Shown: positions 51,145-52,767 of the stretch, piece after piece
Layout: each line of letters opens with the position of its first letter
How positions within the stretch are numbered: the stretch's first letter is position 1
Origin: a virus
Direction: 5' to 3' (one strand)
IMG/VR virus record: IMGVR_UViG_3300034346_000019
Location: 1 to 52,767 of that record
DNA length: 52,767 bases
Notes under the pieces: model-generated
Told to the model about the DNA's origin: nothing
Database searches by the model: none
Seen by the model: the letters and a program-made list of their open reading frames with translations, nothing else
Made by a program: the position numbers and the translations under genes

Positions 51145-51459
51145 ATGAAACAAGTGAAACAAGAAGAACTAGACACAAGCTACTCAGGAGTCGTAAGTTA
51201 TATTGACGGAAATGATGAAACGGGACGAAAACTAATATCTAAATTTATAGTAAACTTTATCGAAGTAGAAGAAGAGCTTATAGAGTTAGAAGCAAAAGTA
51301 AGCAAGCTACAGAGTGAAAGAAACCAATTAAAACACGGTATAAGCAATATTGCTGAACATTTGAAAAAGCAAAAACCTTTCTACGTACCTATCGACTCAG
51401 TAGGAATAGTAGAAGTTACAAAGGATGATGGAATTATTTATGGCAAGGAAATATTTTAA
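51145..51459 (+). CDS. Hypothetical protein (104 aa)
   Basis: Co-oriented ORF. Confidence 0.55.
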   Translation: MKQVKQEELDTSYSGVVSYIDGNDETGRKLISKFIVNFIEVEEELIELEAKVSKLQSERNQLKHGISNIAEHLKKQKPFYVPIDSVGIVEVTKDDGIIYGKEIF

Positions 51460-51478
51460 AAATTAAACTACCTAAAAA

Positions 51479-51703
51479 ATGAATAAGGATCAAATAGTAA
51501 TAATAGGAAGGAACGGTATTACAGGAAGGGAAGCGGGCGAAGCATTGACTGAAATAGGAAGAACGATGTCTATGGATGAAATAAACAAAGCCTTAAAAAG
51601 ATACAGAAGTAAAAATAACGGAAATATGCTTCGAATAGGAAATTATTATAAAGCACTAGAAACAAACAAAGTATTTGTACATACATCTAAATTTCATAAG
51701 TAA
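51479..51703 (+). CDS. Hypothetical protein (74 aa)
   Basis: Co-oriented ORF. Confidence 0.5.
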   Translation: MNKDQIVIIGRNGITGREAGEALTEIGRTMSMDEINKALKRYRSKNNGNMLRIGNYYKALETNKVFVHTSKFHK

Positions 51704-51846
51704 TGGAAAAACAAAAAGTAATAGAAACACTAGAACAGCTCAACAATTGGAGAAGATGTAAAGAAGATGTTAACGCTTTTGAAATGCCAAACCCAACAGA
51801 TACAGGTATTGCAATTGATGAAGCGATTAAATTATTAAAAAAATAG
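51703..51846 (+). CDS. Hypothetical small protein (47 aa)
   Basis: TAATG coupling. Confidence 0.4.
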   Translation: MEKQKVIETLEQLNNWRRCKEDVNAFEMPNPTDTGIAIDEAIKLLKK

Positions 51847-51851
51847 AAGAA

Positions 51852-52298
51852 ATGGCAGCACCAAAAGGAAATAATTATTGGGAGTTTAGAGAAAAGCATG
51901 GAAGGGATTTTAAATATACACCTGATCTTCTTTGGGACGAAGCCGTAAAATACTTTGAATGGATAAGTAAAAAGGTTTGGAATAAAAAAGATCCTATAAA
52001 GTCTGGTGATATGGCGGGAACGTTATTAGATGTGCCAACACAAACACCAATGAGTATACAGTCATTTTGCTTGTTTGCTGATATAGATGACAACACCTTT
52101 TCAAGATATGAAAAAGGAAAAGGGTATGAAGATTTTTGGGCAATCACAACACGTATACGGAATATTATAGAATCAAATCAATTTGAAGGCGCAACAGTTG
52201 GAGCTTATAACCCTAACATAATAGCACGTAAACTCGGTTTGATTGACAAAAAAGAAGTTGACCAGAAAGGGAGTGTAAATATTTCATTTAAAGACTAA
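51852..52298 (+). CDS. terS: Terminase small subunit
   Basis: MAAPKGNNYWEFREKHGRDFKYTP...PMSIQSFCLFADIDDNTFSRY...IARKLGL pattern typical of phage TerS; TAATG-coupled to terL. Confidence 0.65.
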   Translation: MAAPKGNNYWEFREKHGRDFKYTPDLLWDEAVKYFEWISKKVWNKKDPIKSGDMAGTLLDVPTQTPMSIQSFCLFADIDDNTFSRYEKGKGYEDFWAITTRIRNIIESNQFEGATVGAYNPNIIARKLGLIDKKEVDQKGSVNISFKD

Positions 52299-52767
52299 TG
52301 AATATAGTAATAGAAAAACCAAATTTAGCGGACTATCAAAAAGACTTTCTTTATAACGATAGTCGTTTCACAGTCACCGAAGCAAGTACTAAGGTGGGTA
52401 AAACGTTTTCGCATATCTGGTGGATTTATGAACAAGCTCATGCGGATTGGAACAAAGAAGGGTATAATCATTGGTGGGTTGCTCCTGTGTATTCTCAAGC
52501 AAAGATTGCGTTTAAGAGGCTTAAAAATAAAGTAGGTCGTACGGGATTGTATAAGATTAATGAAAGTAACCTAACAATAACAACCCCTATAGGCACAGTT
52601 ATTCATTTTAAGTCAGCAGATAAACCCGATAATCTTTTTGGAGAAGATGTATATTCTATTGTATTCGATGAAGCACCTCGTGCAAAAGTAGATGCTTTTT
52701 ATGCGTTACGCTCCACGATAACTGCTACGCGTGGTAAAATGAAGTTAATAGGTAATTTTGGAGGAAC
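52298..52767 (+). CDS. terL: Terminase large subunit, N-terminal ATPase part (runs off the window end and continues at 1..860)
   Basis: Walker A EASTKVGKT, Walker B SIVFDEA; no stop before the window end. Confidence 0.85.
   Translation, partial: MNIVIEKPNLADYQKDFLYNDSRFTVTEASTKVGKTFSHIWWIYEQAHADWNKEGYNHWWVAPVYSQAKIAFKRLKNKVGRTGLYKINESNLTITTPIGTVIHFKSADKPDNLFGEDVYSIVFDEAPRAKVDAFYALRSTITATRGKMKLIGNFGG
52713..52767. repeat. Terminal overlap copy 2 (identical to 1..55)
   Basis: Read directly. Confidence 0.95.

Overview
The window is a complete, circularly closed genome of a temperate tailed phage or prophage. A 55-nt terminal overlap (1..55 = 52713..52767) gives a unit length of 52,712 bp. Several hallmarks point to a Bacteroidota (Flavobacteriia-like) host. 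The sequence is AT-rich by eye and has no obvious Shine-Dalgarno sites. It carries TTTG-N19/20-TATATTTG promoters, a DUF3127-type SSB ending in DDLPF, a DUF4373-type replisome organiser, a Bacteroidota-style tyrosine integrase and a Lys-rich ...GG leader peptide. Layout: terS (51852) is followed by terL (52298), which wraps across the junction to 860, then by small ORFs. Tail and host-recognition genes plus a tape-measure-like gene occupy 4280-12208. A ClpP-like protease/scaffold, the major capsid gene and a portal-like gene occupy 12720-17336. The lysis cassette is at 19391-21639. A leftward XRE-led operon runs 23978-21632 and a rightward accessory operon runs 24149-28076. The integrase (28318-29469, minus) sits next to a candidate attP (29529-29715). 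A leftward block of small genes runs 32995-29895. A rightward block (33120-37698) ends in a moron-like envelope-protein cassette. A leftward HTH regulator lies at 37750-38181. A long rightward replication/recombination block runs 38333-46204 and includes a Rad52-like annealase, VRR-NUC, SSB and DnaB. It is followed by accessory genes, including a double-glycine-leader Cys-rich peptide (47285) and an outer-membrane beta-barrel (50626). I saw no rRNA, tRNA or CRISPR array. All functional calls come from motif recognition by eye. No database search, structure prediction or statistics were run, and small-ORF calls (<60 aa) are tentative.
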